Below, piece after piece: positions 1 through 14,300 of a stretch of 64,000 nt of DNA. Position 1 is the first letter of the stretch, and every line of letters starts with the position of its first letter. The translations under genes and the position numbers were made by a program. The notes below the pieces were generated by a model, which saw only the letters and a program-made list of their open reading frames with translations, was not told the origin of the DNA and did no database searches. Source of the stretch: Squalus acanthias (lineage: Eukaryota); NCBI GenBank assembly GCA_030390025.1, contig JASTWF010000343.1:310001-374000 (forward strand), written 5' to 3'.

Positions 1-308
1 TTTTTTAAATTTAATTGAGGTTTAGCTGTTCTTTTGGGGGGTGTAGTATTCATAGCCTTGACAGGTCTTCCTGTCAAAACTATGAATGAAAGATGGTGTG
101 CTGCCATTGGCTCTAACTGAATCACGTGATCCCAGAGCTCGCACGAACTAATTGCGTCTCTGGGTCACGCAAGCACTGCACGGTTCCAAGAGAGAGAGCC
201 TTTCAAACTAAAGTTCGTGTGGGCCCGGAGCAAAAAGGTAGGCGCGGAGTGCGATATCGCGGGGAATCCTTACCCCCGCGGGAACCCTCACTGTTTAATT
301 TCTGGGCC
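1..308. mobile_element. End of a non-autonomous TIR DNA transposon (inverted relative of 62730-63476)
   Basis: 1-150 is the reverse complement of ~62880-63027. 260-308 (CTTACCCCCGCGGGAAC...AATTTCTGGGCC|AT) mirrors the terminus at 62730-62775. Confidence 0.8.
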
Positions 309-2270
309 ATGTCTTTACTCGACCAGGGAGCTTTAGCTTTGAATGCCCTTCCTTTTCCCTTCGTGAGAATGTGTCTGTTCTGCACCCGAACTATCTCCTC
401 TTTGAAGGCCTCCGATTGATCATTTACTATTTTACCTGCCAATCTTTGATTCCAATGCACCTGGCCCAGATCCCTTCACAACTCACTGAAATTAGCCCTA
501 CTCTAGTTGATTTTTCCTTGTCCTTTTCCATTACTACTCTAAACCTAATGATATTTTGATCAATGTTCCCCAAACGCTCATCCACTGAAACACTCTCCGC
601 TTGCCCCACTTCATTCCCCAGAACTAGATCCTGCTTCCTTCATCGTTGGGCTGGAAACTCACTGATCAGGAAAGTTCTAACACATCTCAGAAATTCCACC
701 ACCTCCTTTCCCTTTACAGTGTTACTATCCCAGTCTATATTAGGATAATTGAAGTCACTACGCTAAAGTTCTTGCATATTCTTGCTCCTCTATCTCCTTC
801 CCAGTATTTGGTGGCCTATGGTATATACCCAGCAGCGTAATAGCTCCTCTATTGTTCCTTCATTATCACCAAATAGATTCTGACTTTTAACCCTCAAGTA
901 CATCATCCCTTTCTCGTGCTGTGATCAGTACAGCCACCCCTCCTTTTATTCCTCTCCTATCTTTCCTGAATATATTGTAGCCAGGAATATTAAGTGCCCA
1001 TTCCTCCCCTTGTTTGAGCCATATCTCTGTTATTGTCACTATATCATAATCCCATGTGACTACTTGTGCCTGCAGCTCAGCAACATTATTTACCCCACGC
1101 CGTGCATTTACTCACTCCAAAACTATCTTCGTCTGCCTTGCATCCCCCCACCCCCCGCCACGTATAAACCCTCCTATTTCTGAATTACTCTTTACTCCCA
1201 GCTCTGTTGAGGTGCAACCGTCCACCGTGAACAGGTCCCTCCTGCCCCAGAACTGGTCCCAGTGCCCCAGGAATCTGAAGCCCTCCCTTCTGCACAATTT
1301 CTCCAGCCACATGTTGACCTCTCTTGTCTTACTGCTCCTATGCTCACGAGCACATGGTACTCGGAATAATCCATAGATTATTACCATTAAGGTAATTTAA
1401 CTTCATCCTAAACTCCTGAAACTCTGCCTGAAGGACATCAACCATTTTCCTTCCTATTTCATTGGTTCCAACATGGAACACGAATTATGTCTGTTGCCTT
1501 CCCCTCTCAAAATGTTCTGCAGCTGTTCAGTGACGTTCATCACCCTGGCAGCAGGGAGGCAACACACCATGCAGGACGCAAGTCAGCGGTTGCTGAAACC
1601 CCTGTCTGTTACCCTGACTATCGAATTCCCGATGACAACTACATTTCTACACTTTGCTGTGCACCCTGTGCAGTCCTTTGCCCCTCTGTGGCAAGGATGT
1701 GCTCTAGTCTGCAGTCCCCGAGGTGTCGTCACCCTCACTGGTATTCAGCACTGGAAATCAGTTTGAGTGCCACACTCCCACAGGACTCCTGCACCGCCTG
1801 CCTCTTCCTACGCTGCCAGCTGGCCACACACTTACATTCCTCCTGGCCTGTCTGTAGCTGCGGGGAGACCAGCTCCTCGAACGTGTGTTGCAGGAAATTC
1901 TCAGCCTCCCGTCTACCCTGCAGTGACTCCAGCCGCTGCTCAATCTCAGAAACCCCGGGCTCGAGTTTGAGCAGCTGGAGGCACTTCCTGCACACGTGGT
2001 TATCCAGGACAGATGAAGCGTCCTGGAGTTCCCACATGGCACAGGAATGGCAGGCAACGGGTTTCAGCTGTCCCATCATTTTTCTTCAAAGTCTATCTGC
2101 TTAGGATATAGAAATATGTTTTTAGTTTAGCATCCCCTTATTCCTATTTATTATTTAATCATTTATGTATACCAGATGTTTATTTAATGCAATACAGAGC
2201 CCTTTTAATGTTGGTATCCTTTATTTAGTTAATTTAATTTAACCTCTCAGATCTAATTCTTTACCAATTC
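309..2270 (-). mobile_element. CR1 LINE 5' half (ORF1 plus ORF2 endonuclease), decayed
   Basis: ORF1 CHSC..CRKC zinc finger (1735-2079), esterase remnants (WLEKLCRREGFRFLGHW), APE-linker remnants (DQNIIRF, WNQRLAGK). Confidence 0.9.
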
Positions 2271-2279
2271 ACTGTTGCC

Positions 2280-2900
2280 CCTTGGTTTAAATTATTTATC
2301 ACATCTTCCCCCTCTGCATCGAATTCCCACCTTCCATCCTTCCTGTGTAAGAAACAATCTCCTCATCTCGCCTCTGGTTCTTTTGCCAATCACTTTAAAT
2401 CTGTGTTCTCTGGTTACTGACCCTTCTGCCACTGGAAACAGTTTATCCTTATTTACTCTATAAAAAACTTTCATGATTTTAAACATCTCTATCCAATCTC
2501 CCCTTAGCCTTCTCTGCTCTAAGGAGAACAACCCCAGCTTCTCCACTTAGCTGAAGTCTTTCATCCCTGGTGCCATTCTATGAAATCTCCTCTGCACCAT
2601 CTCCAAGGCCTGGACATCCTTCCTGAAGTGCGGTGTCGAGAATTGCCCACAATAATAAATCTGGGGCATAACCAGCGTTTTATACAGGTTGAGCATAACT
2701 TCCTTGCTTTTGTACTCTATGCATCTATTTAAAAAGCCAAAGATTCCGTATGCCTTTTTAACAGTCTTCTCAATTTAGGAGTGCTTGTTCTCAACAAGCA
2801 CCCCCAGGTCCCTCTGTTACTGCAGCCCCTTTAAAATTGTACCATTTAGTTTATATTACCTTTCCTCGTTCTTCCTACCAAAATGAATAACCTCACACTT
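2280..2900 (-). mobile_element. CR1 LINE 3' fragment
   Basis: LGLFSLEQRRLRGD..RFKVIGKR, the CR1 ORF2 C-terminal motif. Confidence 0.85.
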
Positions 2901-3352
2901 CCGGAGAATAGATTGAAACTTTTGAAAGGCATATTTCAGACTGATATCAACAAGTTCTTTACATGAAGAGTAATCAATTCAATGGAATGGAATGGAATGA
3001 GTACGGCTGTGGAGGTAAACATCTCAGAATTATTGAAGAAAAGTAGATGCTGTGGCTTGGGGGGAGGAATTGTCGACTCTTTCTGGATGAATGAACTAAG
3101 ATCAGTGGAGGTCTTTATTTCTATCTATCTGGTGTATTATCTCCTGGGCGGGGTCTCCATTATTGCCACAATGAACCAGGTACCACAAGTTGTGTAACAT
3201 GACCTGGGAACAATGCCCCCCATGATTCCCTTCCCCCCCTCCCCAAACACGCAGCACCTGCTCTTCATGGAGCCCTTAACTGCCTCTTCTCTGAAAATGA
3301 ATGTTCTTTCTGGGGCTGTGCACATCATTCAATAAAAACTTTAGACTTTTAC

Positions 3353-3514
3353 CAGCGAGTCGCAAGTCTCCGCTTTCTCCTCCACTTTCACAGCTTCCTT
3401 CATTTCTGTTGAGCCTCTTCTTTTCGATAGCTCCTGTCCGATCGAAGAAGGGATCCTCGTCACTGTCGTAGACATCCTCGGCCTCCCAGAGTTTAGATTT
3501 TCGCTTCCGAGAAA
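3353..3514 (-). pseudogene. SLC4A1AP: Orphan frameshifted exon of kanadaptin
   Basis: Bounded by ttcctaccAG and GTaaaa. Translates SRKRKSKLWEAEDVYDSDEDPFFDRTGAIEKKRLNR-(+1 A)-MKEAVKVEEKAETCDSL, matching kanadaptin as recalled (SRKRKAKNWEDEDFYDSDDDTFLDRTGLIEKKRLNRMKKAGKIDEKPETFESL). Length is 162 nt versus 161 expected for a phase 1-to-0 exon. Confidence 0.85.
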
Positions 3515-3670
3515 CTGGTAGGAAAGCAAATTGTGAGGCTGTTAGTCATAGTTTTGAAGTATAAAAAAATTACACAACTTTCTACTAATGACGAAAGTTC
3601 CTCCCTCCTAATGGATATTAAAAAAGTTCCTGTCATTGTGAGTGTTCGCTTGTGTGTATTGCTGCAGTGA

Positions 3671-3951
3671 TTTCAAATCACTTCCTGGCCTCGCCCTTCC
3701 CTATCTCTGTAATCTCCTCCAGCCTCACAATCCTCCGAGATCTCTGTGCTCCTCGAATTCTGGCCTGTTGAGCATCCCCGATTTTAATGGCTCCACCATT
3801 GGTGGCTGTGCCTTCAGCTGCCTCGGCCCTAAGCTCTGGAATTCCCTCCCTAAACCTCTCCGCCTCTCCACCTCTCTCTCGTCCTTTAAGTAGCTCTTTA
3901 AAACCTATCTCTTTGACCGAGCTTTAGGTCACCGGCTCTAATATCTCTTAT
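3671..3951 (+). mobile_element. L2-type LINE 3' fragment
   Basis: GLALPYLCNLL..RSLCSSNSGLL..GGCAFSCLGPKLWNSLP..LSSFK is a typical L2 ORF2 C-terminus. Confidence 0.8.
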
Positions 3952-4388
3952 GGAATCATAGAATGGTTACAGCACGGAAAAGGCCATTCGGCCCGTCGAG
4001 CCCATGACGACTCTCAGCTATACCCACGACCCTCCCTTTCCCCGTTGCCCCGATTTTTTCTTCTTTCAGATACTTATCCAACTCGTTTTTGAGAGATAAG
4101 ATTGAGTCTGCCTCCACCGCCCTTTCAGGCAGTGCATTCCAAGTCTTAACCACTCGCTGCATAAAAAGTGTTTTCTTACTTCGTCTTTGGTTCTTTTGCC
4201 AATTACCTTAAATCTGTGCCCTCTGGTTGTTGACGCTTCTGCCAATGGGAACAGTTTCCCTCGATCTACTCTGCCCAGACAACTCATGATTTTGAACACC
4301 TCTATCAAATCTCCTCTCAATCGTCTCTGCTCCAAGGAGAACAACCCCAGCTTCTCCAGTCTATCATCGTAACTGAAACCACTCCCTC
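3952..4388 (-). mobile_element. CR1 LINE 3' end
   Basis: SYDDRLEKLGLFSLEQRRLRGDLIEVFKI..WNALP and a TTCTATGATTC tail. Confidence 0.9.
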
Positions 4389-4840
4389 CAGACTGCATAC
4401 CACTGGGCCGTCACCTCTGGTGGGTCTGTCCTGACCGTGAGACAGAACATACCCAGGAATGGCGATGGAGGAGTCTGGGACATTGGCTGAAAGTTATGAT
4501 GATGCGAGTATGACTGTGTCAGGCTGTTGCTTGACTAGTCTGTGGGACAGCACTACAATTTTAGCACACGTCCCCATATGTTAGCGAGGAGGACTTTGCA
4601 GGGTCGACTGGGCTGGGAGTGCTGTTGTCGTGACCGAAGCCAGTGTCTTGTTTGATACCAGATGGTCCGTTGGGTTTTATTCCTATTATTGTTTCTCGTA
4701 GTGGTTTCTTACAACTGAGTGGGTTGTGACAACATTTCAGAGGGCAGTTGAGAGTCAACCAGTTGCTGTGGGTCTGGAGTCACATATAAGTCATACCAGG
4801 TAAGGACGGAAGATTTCCTTCCCTAATGGACATTATTGAA
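4389..4840 (-). mobile_element. 5' end (UTR plus APE start) of a second CR1-group LINE family
   Basis: Minus translation LSHRLVKQQPDTVIL..IPGYVLSHGQDRPTRGDG. The upstream leader equals the 5' half of the short elements at 31445 and 40513. Confidence 0.75.
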
Positions 4841-5945
4841 ACTCACAGCACCACTCTAATATACTCAAGACACCTCACTGTAACACTGATATACCCCACA
4901 CCCCTCACTGTAACACATTGTGATACCCCTCACCCCTATGTAACACTCTGAAATACCCCGCACCCCTCACTGTAACACTGATATACCCCACACCCCTCAC
5001 TTTTACACTCTGAAATACCCCACACCCCTCACTGCAACACTGATATACCCCACACCACTCACTGAAGCACAGATATACCACACAGCCCTCACTGTAACAA
5101 TCTAATATACCCCAGACACATCACGCTAACACTGATATACCCCACACCCCTCACTGTAACACATTGAGATACCCATCACACCTATGTAACACTCTGAAAT
5201 ACACCAAACCCCTCACTGTAACACAGATATACCCCACACCCCTCACTGTAACACTCTGAAATAACGACACCCCTCACTGTAACACTGATATACACCACAC
5301 CCCTCACTGTTACACTCTGAAATACCCCACACCCCTCACTGTAACACTGATATACCCCACACCACTCACTGAAACACTGATATACCACACAGCCCTCACT
5401 GGAACAGTCTGATATACCCCACACCCCTCACTGTAACACTGATATACCCCACATTCCTCACTGCAAAACTCTGATATATGCCACACCCCTCACTGTAACA
5501 CAGATATACGCCACGCCCCTCACTGTAACACACTGATATACACCTCACACCTCACTGTAACAATCTGATATGCCCCAGGTCCTCTTCGAAATACTGGACA
5601 AAAACTGGACATAGCCCTAACCCATCATTGTAACACTCTGATGTATCCCACACCCTTCACTATAACACGGATATACCCCACACGCATCACTGTAACAATG
5701 ATATACCCCACATCCTTCACTGTAAAACTGATATACCCCACAACTCTCACTGTAACACTGATATACCCCACAACCCTCACTGTAACAATTTGATATACCC
5801 CACACACCTCACTAAGACTGACATACTCCACATCCCTCATTGTAACGCACATTAATATACCACACCTCTCTAACTGTAAACAACTGAGGTACACCATAAC
5901 CCTCACTGTAACACATTGATATAAACCTCACCGCTCCATCTAAAG

Positions 5946-8337
5946 CAGCGGTTCCCAACCTTTTCCTTTATGCGGACCACTACATCGTCATCAAAAGCTT
6001 CTGCGGACCACTAGCCGTTTAAAAATGTTTTAACATAGCCTATGGCTGACGGGAGTCAAACTTATATATCAACAGATATTAAAAACGCAGCTGTTTCTAA
6101 TCATTTATTATGCTCACTCATAAATACATTGCACTCGTCACAGCACATTTACCTGCAGTAGGCCTACCAGTGGGGAAAAGATAACACTTACCTAATGAGC
6201 AGGCTGATGTTGTTTCGCAGACGTCAAACGCTGGATGTCAGGTTCCAGCGATGACAGTCTCAATCGGAGATCTGGTTCAACTTGAAGTTTATTCCGGTAT
6301 TTGGTCTTCAATGCGACAAGTGCAGAAAATCCAGTTTCGCAAAGGTAGTTTGTGGGAAAAGGCATTAGAAACTTTACTGCCTTGTCAGACAGTGCTGGAT
6401 ATTCCGAAGCAACTTTGAGCCAAAAGTTAGTCAGGTATTGCCGAGAGAAATCCTGCTTTAAAGCACTGTCACAGGACAGTTCCACAAGGCTGTCTTGCTC
6501 TGTCGAGTCAGGCTTGCGAGGATGTCATCATCAAGGCTCGCAAAGGTATTTCGTATTCCATTGAATTTTGTGTCAGGCACAGGGAAGTAATCGCGTAGGT
6601 TTATTTTCAAACTTTGGAGGTGCTCTCTGATGATATGTTTCACACTGTTTGGAAGCTGCATCTCTGCCGTGACCAAAAAATCAGACAGATTCGCAAACGA
6701 GTCATAATTTGACTGCTCAAGTCGTTTGGTCCACATCTCTATTTTCTTGATCATCGCTTCTATTTTGTCCTGCACCTGAAAGAATGTCACTGATTTTCCC
6801 TGAAGACGCAGATTGAGACCATTCAAGTGATCGAAAATATCTGCCATATATGCCAATTTGTCCAGCCACTGAACATCACCGAAGCGATGTGAAAGTTCAA
6901 ACTTTGAGTCCAGTAAAAATATTCTCACCTCATCATGCAACTCTAAAAGACGAGTGAGTACCTTTCCTCGGGACAACCAGCGGACCTCGGTGTGCAGAAG
7001 TAGTTGATGGTGAGCACTGCCCATCTCGTCACAAATAGCTGCAAATATTCGCGAATTCAGTGGACGAGCCTTGATATAATTAACAGTTTTAACGGCTACC
7101 TCCAAAATGGTCTTGAGATCAGCAGGCATTTTCTTTGCAGCTAACGCCTCCCTATGGATGCTGCAGTGAATGGATTATGCTCGCGGAGCCACTGCTCTTA
7201 TACATGCAACAACCCCACTGTGTTGGCCTAACATCGCACCGGACCCATCTGTGCCAAGTCAGAACCATTTTGACCAATCAATCCCATTTTCAACATTCCA
7301 AAAATAGCCTCTGAAGTTGAGAGTGTGGGCAACGATTTACAAAAGAGAAAGTCCTCATGTAACTCTCCATTGTGTTCATACCTTACATAGGTGATCAGGT
7401 TTGAAAGGTTTGCAATGTCCGTTGATTCATCCAGTTGAAATGCATAAAAACGACTCGCTTGCATTCTCGCTATTAGCTGATCACACAAGTCCTGAGCCAT
7501 CTCATCAATTCTGCGTTGAACTGTGTTATCCGACAATGAAATCATGTTAATTTGCTTGCAGGTCCCCTCTCCCAGCATAACACCCACCATCTCTTTAGCC
7601 GCTGGCAATTTCAACTCCTCCCCAATTGTGTGCGGCTTCCTGTCTTTGCTATGAGCCTAGCTACCCGGTACGAGGCCTCCACCGCCTTAGCATTATCACT
7701 GCCTTTAGATGTGCATTCCATAATTGTCTTACTACGTTGAAATTCTTTGAGCAGGTTGTAAAAAAATTCAATTGGCTTGGACACGTGTTCCCCATGCTTA
7801 GTCTCAAGATGACGGCGAAGATTAGCGGGATTTAGGCTTTCATTCGACAGAACATTATAGCACACGTCACATACTGGTAACGGTTCGTTCTCAGTTCCAG
7901 TGTAAATAAATCCCAGTTTTAAGTATTCACTGCTGTATTTTCTCCTCACTTTTCACTTACTTTGTTGTGCTGAGTTCCATTTGCTGATGTCTCACTGTCA
8001 TTTTGACCATAGTAGAGAGTTCGCTTACGCATGTCAGATAAAAGGCAACGATCCATTTTTAGATTCCCGCGCTCTAACTGTCTAATTTTCCGGAATCTAA
8101 GAGCGTCGGTTCACATTGACGTCACGCAAAAGTGCCACACTATTAAAATTCAGAGAATCACAAGGATGCTCATGAAGCATATTACATTGCGAATAATAAT
8201 GTAATATCGAATGTGATACATACGAGGTACACGTGATGATATTTTATTACAGTATCATAATTTTTTTTTTTCACGGACCACCTGCATTACCCTCGCGGAC
8301 CACTGGTGGTCCGCGGACCACAGGTTGGGAAACGCTG
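5946..8337 (-). mobile_element. Full-length hAT transposon, Buster/Charlie group
   Basis: TIRs CAGCGGTTCCCAACCT and AGGTTGGGAAACGCTG. Perfect 8-bp TSD ATCTAAAG (5938-5945, 8338-8345) with central TA. Confidence 0.97.
6192..8056 (-). pseudogene. Frameshifted hAT transposase (ZBED5/ZBED8-like)
   Basis: BED finger CDVC..LRRHLETKH, QLDESTD, LHTEVRWLSRGKVL, PFPTNYLCETGFS, split over four or more ORFs. Confidence 0.93.
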
Positions 8338-11334
8338 ATCTAAAGCACTGATATATCACACACCCATCACTGTTAGACTCTGATATACCCCACAATCCTT
8401 CTCTGATAAACGACACAACACTCACTTAAAATGCTGATATATCCCATAACCAAAACCCTCACTGTAGCAATGATATATCCCGCACACCTCACTGTAACAC
8501 TCTCTGATATAGTCCACATCATTAACTGTAGAACTCTGATATATCCTACAACACTAAACCATAACGCTCTGAGATAACCAATAACCCTCATGGAAACACA
8601 ATTTGATACAACACATCCATCACTAAAACACTGATACACCTCATTCCCCTCACTGTAACTCTCTGATATACCCCACAGCCCTCACGGTAGCACACTGATA
8701 TACCCCACATCCCTCACTGTAACACTCTGATATACCACAAATACTTAATGTAACAAGCTGATATGCCCCACACCCATCACTGTAATGCTCTGATATAGCC
8801 CACAACCCTCACTGTAACACTCTGATATACCTTACACTCCTCACTGCCACACTGATATGCCCCACAGCCCTCACTGAAAAGCCCTGATATACTCCACACC
8901 CCTCACTGTAACACTCAGATATACCCAACATCCCTCATTGTAACACTCACTTATATACCCCAAACCACTCACTGTAAAACACTGTGATATACCACATAAC
9001 CCTCACTGTAACACAGATATAAACCTCACCCTTGAATGTACTGCACTGATATACTACACACTCATCACTTGAACACTTTGAGAACTCACACACTCACGTA
9101 ACACCCTGATATAACCCACACCCGTCAGTGTAACGCTCTGATATACTCCTCACCAATGAATGTAACACTCTAATATATCACAAATCCCGCAATGTAACAC
9201 TCTCCTATATATCCAAAATACTCACTGTGAAACTCTAATATACACCACACAATCACTGTGACATTCTGATATACCCACACCTCTTAAAGTAACACTCTGT
9301 ATACCCCACATCTATAACTATAACACTTGGACATAGAACAAATCCATCAGTGTAACACTCTGATATACTGCACCCACTCACTGGAACACTCTGATATATC
9401 CACACCTCTTACTGCAACACTCTGATATACCCCACACATCTCTCACTGTAACACTCTTACATACCCCACATCTCTCACTTTCACACCTGGACATACACCA
9501 AATCCATTAGTGTGACACTCTGATATACCTCACATCTATCACTATAACACACTGATTAAACCTCATCCCTCAATGTAAAGCAGTGATACACTACACACCC
9601 ATCACTTTAACACTTAATGATACCTCACACATTCACTGTAATAATCTGATATACCCCATAGACATGATTGTAAAACTCCAGCATACCCCACACACCTTAC
9701 TGTAAATCTATGATATACTGCACACCCCTCACATAAAACACTGATATACCCCACAACCACAACCCTCACTGTAACAATGATATACGCCACACACCTCACT
9801 GTAACACTCACTGATAGAGTCCACGTCAATAACTGCAGAATTCTGATATATTCTACAACATCAAAACATAACGCTCTGAGATAACCCATATCCCTCATAG
9901 TAACACACTTTGATACAACACTCCCATCACTGTAAAACACTGATACAGCCCATTCCACTCACTACACGCTGATATACCCCACATCACTCAATGTAACATA
10001 CGCTTATATGCCCCAAAATCCTCACTAAGACCCTGGTATACCCCATACGCCTCACTGAAACACTTTGATATACAATATACGCCTCACTAACACCTGGACA
10101 TACAGAAACCCATGACTGTTACACACTGATATAACTCACACCACTCACTGCAATACACTGATATACCACACATCCTGCACTGTAACACACTGATGTACCC
10201 ACACCCCTCACTGTAAGCACCTGGACATTCCAGAAACCCATGACTGTTGCAGACTGATATACTCCACACTGGAACACTCTGATATGCCCGATATGCCCCA
10301 TACGCCTCACTTTAAAACTCTGATAAACCCCATGCCCCTCACTAACACTCTCAGATATACCCAACATCCCCTCATTGTAACACTCACTTATATAACCCAA
10401 ACTCTCACAGTAACACACTGATAAACTCCATCACTCTCACTGTAACACACTCTGATATAAACTCACCCCTCAATGTAAAGCTCTGATATACTACACATAT
10501 GTCACTTTTTACAACATCGATACCTTACACACTCACTGTAACACTCTACCCCAAACAGTTTACTGTAACAATCTGATATGCCCAACACCCCTCACTGTAA
10601 CGCTCTGATATAGCCCACAACCCTCACTGTAACACTCAGGTATACCCCACACTTCTCACTGGAACACACTGATACACCCCACATCCCTCACTGTAACACT
10701 GATATACCCATACAACTCACTGCCATGCTCTGTTATACCCCAAACCCCTCACTGTTTATGTGGGATATATCTGTGTGTAACACACGGATATGACCCACAC
10801 CCTCATTGTAACGCTTTGATATACCACACAAACCTCAATGTAGCACTCTGATATAGCCCAAAGCTCTCACTGCAACGCTCTGATATACCCCATAACCCTC
10901 AATGAAAAACTCTGATATACCCCACACCTCTCACTGTAACACTATGATATACCCCACACCTCTCACTGTAACACTCATATACCCCACACCTCTCACTGTA
11001 ACGCTCTGATATACCCCATAGCCCTCACTGTAACACACTTATATATAAACTTCACCTCTCAATGTAAAGCATTGATACATTTAACACTGAATGATACCTC
11101 ACACAATCAATGCAACACTCTGATATACACCATAGACATGATTGTAACACTCCGCCACTACCCACACACCTTACTGTAAATCTATGATATACCGCACACC
11201 CCTGACATAAAACACTGATATATCCCCAAACACAACCCTCACTGCAACAATGATATACCCGCAAACCTCACTGTAACACTCTCTGATATAGTGCTCATCA
11301 CTAACTCTAGAACTCTGATATATCCTGCAACTCC

Positions 11335-14300
11335 TCAGCGTGATTACTGCACAGAAGGAGGCCATTCGCCCCATCGAGTTCATGCCGGCTTTCTGTAGAG
11401 CAATCCATTTAGTCCCAATCCTCCATATATAGCTGTAGCCCTGCAAATTTATTTCCCTCAATGCCTATCGAATTTCCTTTTGAAATCATTGATCGTCTGC
11501 GCTTCCACCACCCTCGTCGGCAGTGAGTTCCAGGTCATTACCACTCGCTGTGTAAAAAAGTGCTTCCTCACATTCCCCCTCTATCTTTTGCCCAAACCCT
11601 TAAACCTGTGTCCCCCAGTCCTTATAGCATCAGCTGATGGGAACATCCTTTCTCTGTCTACCTTATCCAAACCCGTCATAATCTTGTACGCCTCCATCAA
11701 ATCTCTCCTCAATCTCCAAGGAGAACAACCCCAGCTTCTCCAATCTAACCTTGTAGCTAAAATCCCTCATCCCTGGAACCATTCTGGTAAATCTGCTCTG
11801 CATCCTCTCAAGCACCTTCACCTCCTTCCTAAAGTGTGGTGACCAGAACTGGATGCAATAATCTAGTTGCGGCCCAACCAGAGCTCTATAAAGATTCAGC
11901 ATAACTTCTTTATTTTGTACTCAATCCTTCTATTTATGAAACCCAATATCCCATATGCTTTGCTAACTACTCTTTCAATATGTCCTGCCACCTTTAAAAT
12001 CTATGCATATGAACCCCCAGGTCCCTCTTTCCCTGCACACTCTTTAGAACTGTGCCATTAGTGTATATTGCTTCTCCCTATCCCTTCTGCCACACTTCTC
12101 CGTATTAAATTTAAACTGTAACTTGTCTGTCCATGCTTCTAGCCTATCTATGTCCTGTTACAGTCAATTGGTATATTCCTCACTGTATGCCACACCTCCA
12201 AGTTTGATGATATCGGCAAATTTTGAAATTTTACTCTTTATTCCAATATCCAAGTCATTTATTTATATATTTCTATATGTATATCAAAAAAGCAATGGTC
12301 CTAGAACTGACCCTTGTGGAACACCACTGTTCACCATCCTCCAGTCTGACAAACAGCCATTTACCACGACTCGCTGTTTTTTGTCCTGAAGCCAATTTCT
12401 TATCCAAGCTGACACTGACTCTCCTATCCCATGAGCCTCAATTTTGTTACCAGCCTTCTATGTAGTAATGTGTCAAACGCTTTCTTAAAATCCATATAGG
12501 CAACATCCACTGCATTCCCTTCATCAACCGACTGTCCATCAAACAACTCTATTAGATTAGTCAAACACCATCTGCCTTTTACAAACCCGTGTTGGCTCTC
12601 CTTAATTAATGTAAACCTCTCCAAGTGCCTGTTATTTTTTTCCCTGATTATTGTTTCTAAAACCTTACCCACCACTGATATTAAACTGCCCGGCCTGTAG
12701 TTACCAGGACTGTCCTTACACCTTTTCTGGAACAATGGTGTCACATTTGCCACTTTTCAATCCTCTGACACCTCCCCTGCATCTACGGAAGATTGAAGAT
12801 TATGTTAACCACTTCCGCTATCTCCACCCTCACTTCCCAAAGCAACCTGGGATGCAAGCCATCCGGACCAGGCAACTTATCCACTCTAAGCATATCCAGC
12901 CTTTCCATTTCGATCTGCCTCTGTAAGGGGTTCGCGTGGCACTGTGCTTAGCCTGGGTGCTAGTGCGGGGTTAGGCCTTGTTGTTTGTTCTGGTCTCCAG
13001 CCAGCCTGGTAGCACTAGACACCTGTGAGTGGTTAGACCCACTCGCCCTTACGGTTCTGACACTGGACTTAGGTGCGAGAGCAGTAAATGCAGAGAAAAA
13101 CGCAGGTAGACCCGGTTGAATAGTACGAAATGGAAAATCTTTATTGCATATTATTCAAGATTACGAAATACATGTCATAAGCACAGATTAATGACAGTAC
13201 AAACTTACATCCATTTATGCAACTAGGTTTAGGGAAACGAGGAGCGCACGACACATCGTAAAAAGGGACACACATTATAATTATCCTTAAAAAAAACCCC
13301 TCCCCTATCAATACCTGTCCTAATCTAGATCTGTAGGATCGAGACACATGCTCACCACTCGTGATAACTCGGAGAATTCTAAAACGATGCTCGGATGGTT
13401 TCGCCACAGTACCTGACTATTCACGTGTTGATCAGGGGTCTCTGTACCCCACTTGTTTACTCGCTTTGCTCCGGCTAGCAGGCTGGACCGTCTGCTGTCA
13501 TGAAGATCTGTGTTGACCTCGGAACTCTGATAAAACTCAAAGAAGAGTCTTCCTGTGCCCGACACCAGTTAGCCGGTAGAATTCAAAGAAGAGTCTTTAT
13601 AGTTTGGTCACGGTCGGGGTTTACTGACCGCGGCGACACGTGTAGTCGTCTTGGGCCCGGCTGTAGAGCTCAAAGAAAGTCTTTCTGGACCGACACCAGT
13701 TAGCCGGTAAAATTCAAAGAAGAGTCTTTTGACCAGTTCATGCAGTACCCTGTAGAGTTCAAAAATGGTCTTTATATTTATGGGCGCGGTAGGGGTTTAC
13801 TGACCGCGGCGGCACGTGCAGTCGTCTTCTTCTTCTTCTTGTCTTGTTTCGTCTCGTCGGGCCTTCGGGTCCCTACACCATCTACCGACCCTCGGGATGG
13901 TGTACCCGCTTACCGGCCTTCGCAGCCCAGCTCTTCACTGATCTTCGCGGCAAGCCACGAGGTTGACTCCCGGAAGATCAGCGGACCAAGAGCTCGGTGG
14001 GCCGCAAACGAGAGCCAGGGGTCGAATCAAGAGAAAGATGGACGTTTGTTTACTACAGTTATAGTACTGTAATTCTTTATCTCCCGGCCAATCTTAATAT
14101 TCATCTTTTGTCATGTTTTGGCGCTCAAACTTCTTGTATGGGGTGGTTCTTGTCGTTAATGGGTTTCGGTGATACTTGTAACTGTCTAAGTACCCGTTAA
14201 TGTTTCTCCCATTGTGGAACCGGCTAGGAGTCACCCTGGAGGGGTTTTGGGGCCCTCCGAATTCTTGCTGCGAGTACCCGCGAACGGCTCTCTCATCGTA

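Larger units (their letters stand above)
4841..11333. repeat. Degenerate ~30-32-bp satellite (CCCTCACTGTAACACTCTGATATACCCCACAC), interrupted by hAT
   Basis: Well over 100 diverged tandem units directly visible. Confidence 0.95.

Noticed and set aside
5182..11461. Cys/Tyr/Val-rich short ORFs (CYSEGCGVYQ)n
   Set aside because: Translations of the 31-bp satellite with frequent frame changes.
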